From: Amoebidium appalachense
Lineage: Eukaryota; Protista; Ichthyosporea
Direction of reading: 5' to 3'
Assembly (NCBI GenBank): GCA_963693365.1
Contig: CAVNZM010000001.1
Span: 12,736,161 to 12,800,160 of the forward strand
Length of the DNA stretch: 64,000 nucleotides
Made by a program: the position numbers and the translations under genes. The notes under the pieces were generated by a model. That model did not search any database. It was not told the DNA's origin and saw nothing but the letters and a program-made list of their open reading frames with translations. Positions 63,943 through 64,000 of this stretch are shown here, in pieces; position 1 is the stretch's first letter; every line of letters begins with the position of its first letter.

Positions 63943-64000
63943 CTGCATGCAGCCCAGTCAGCCATGCCCCACAGTGACCGACTACAGACTGATACGAATC

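Noticed and set aside
1-64000. Assigning the organism (e.g. an ichthyosporean such as Amoebidium)
   Set aside because: Gene content and the CGC/GCG bias are compatible, but nothing in the window is diagnostic.

Overview
Eukaryotic genomic DNA with GT-AG introns full of poly-C/poly-G tracts and (CA)n/(CT)n repeats; no prokaryotic features. Four host genes are visible: an SPT3/SUPT3H-like SAGA subunit (+, ~10.7-16.3 kb), an OCA2/P-protein-like ArsB/NhaD-superfamily transporter (+, 20.5-28.3 kb), an intronless PDZ gene (-, 31.4-32.1 kb) and the 3' exons of a USP7-like deubiquitinase (-, 60.8-63.9 kb). The rest is mostly LTR retrotransposons. A Ty1/copia copy lies at 21-5202. A ~25 kb nest (33.5-58 kb) holds a full copia inserted antisense into its own family, a full copia of a second family, a solo LTR and Ty3/gypsy remnants. 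The most unusual signals are three. (1) A fixed-geometry 6-bp inversion scar (XYZW -> XYZ + revcomp(XYZW) + YZW) occurs at four independent sites and looks like a hairpin-type excision footprint of an unseen element with a 4-bp target duplication. (2) CGC/GCG is almost absent from the CpG-rich copia ORFs but common in host exons. (3) A tandem array of covarying H-type pseudoknot plus hairpin units sits in the copia 3' UTR. All comparisons were made by eye; no searches or folding programs were run.
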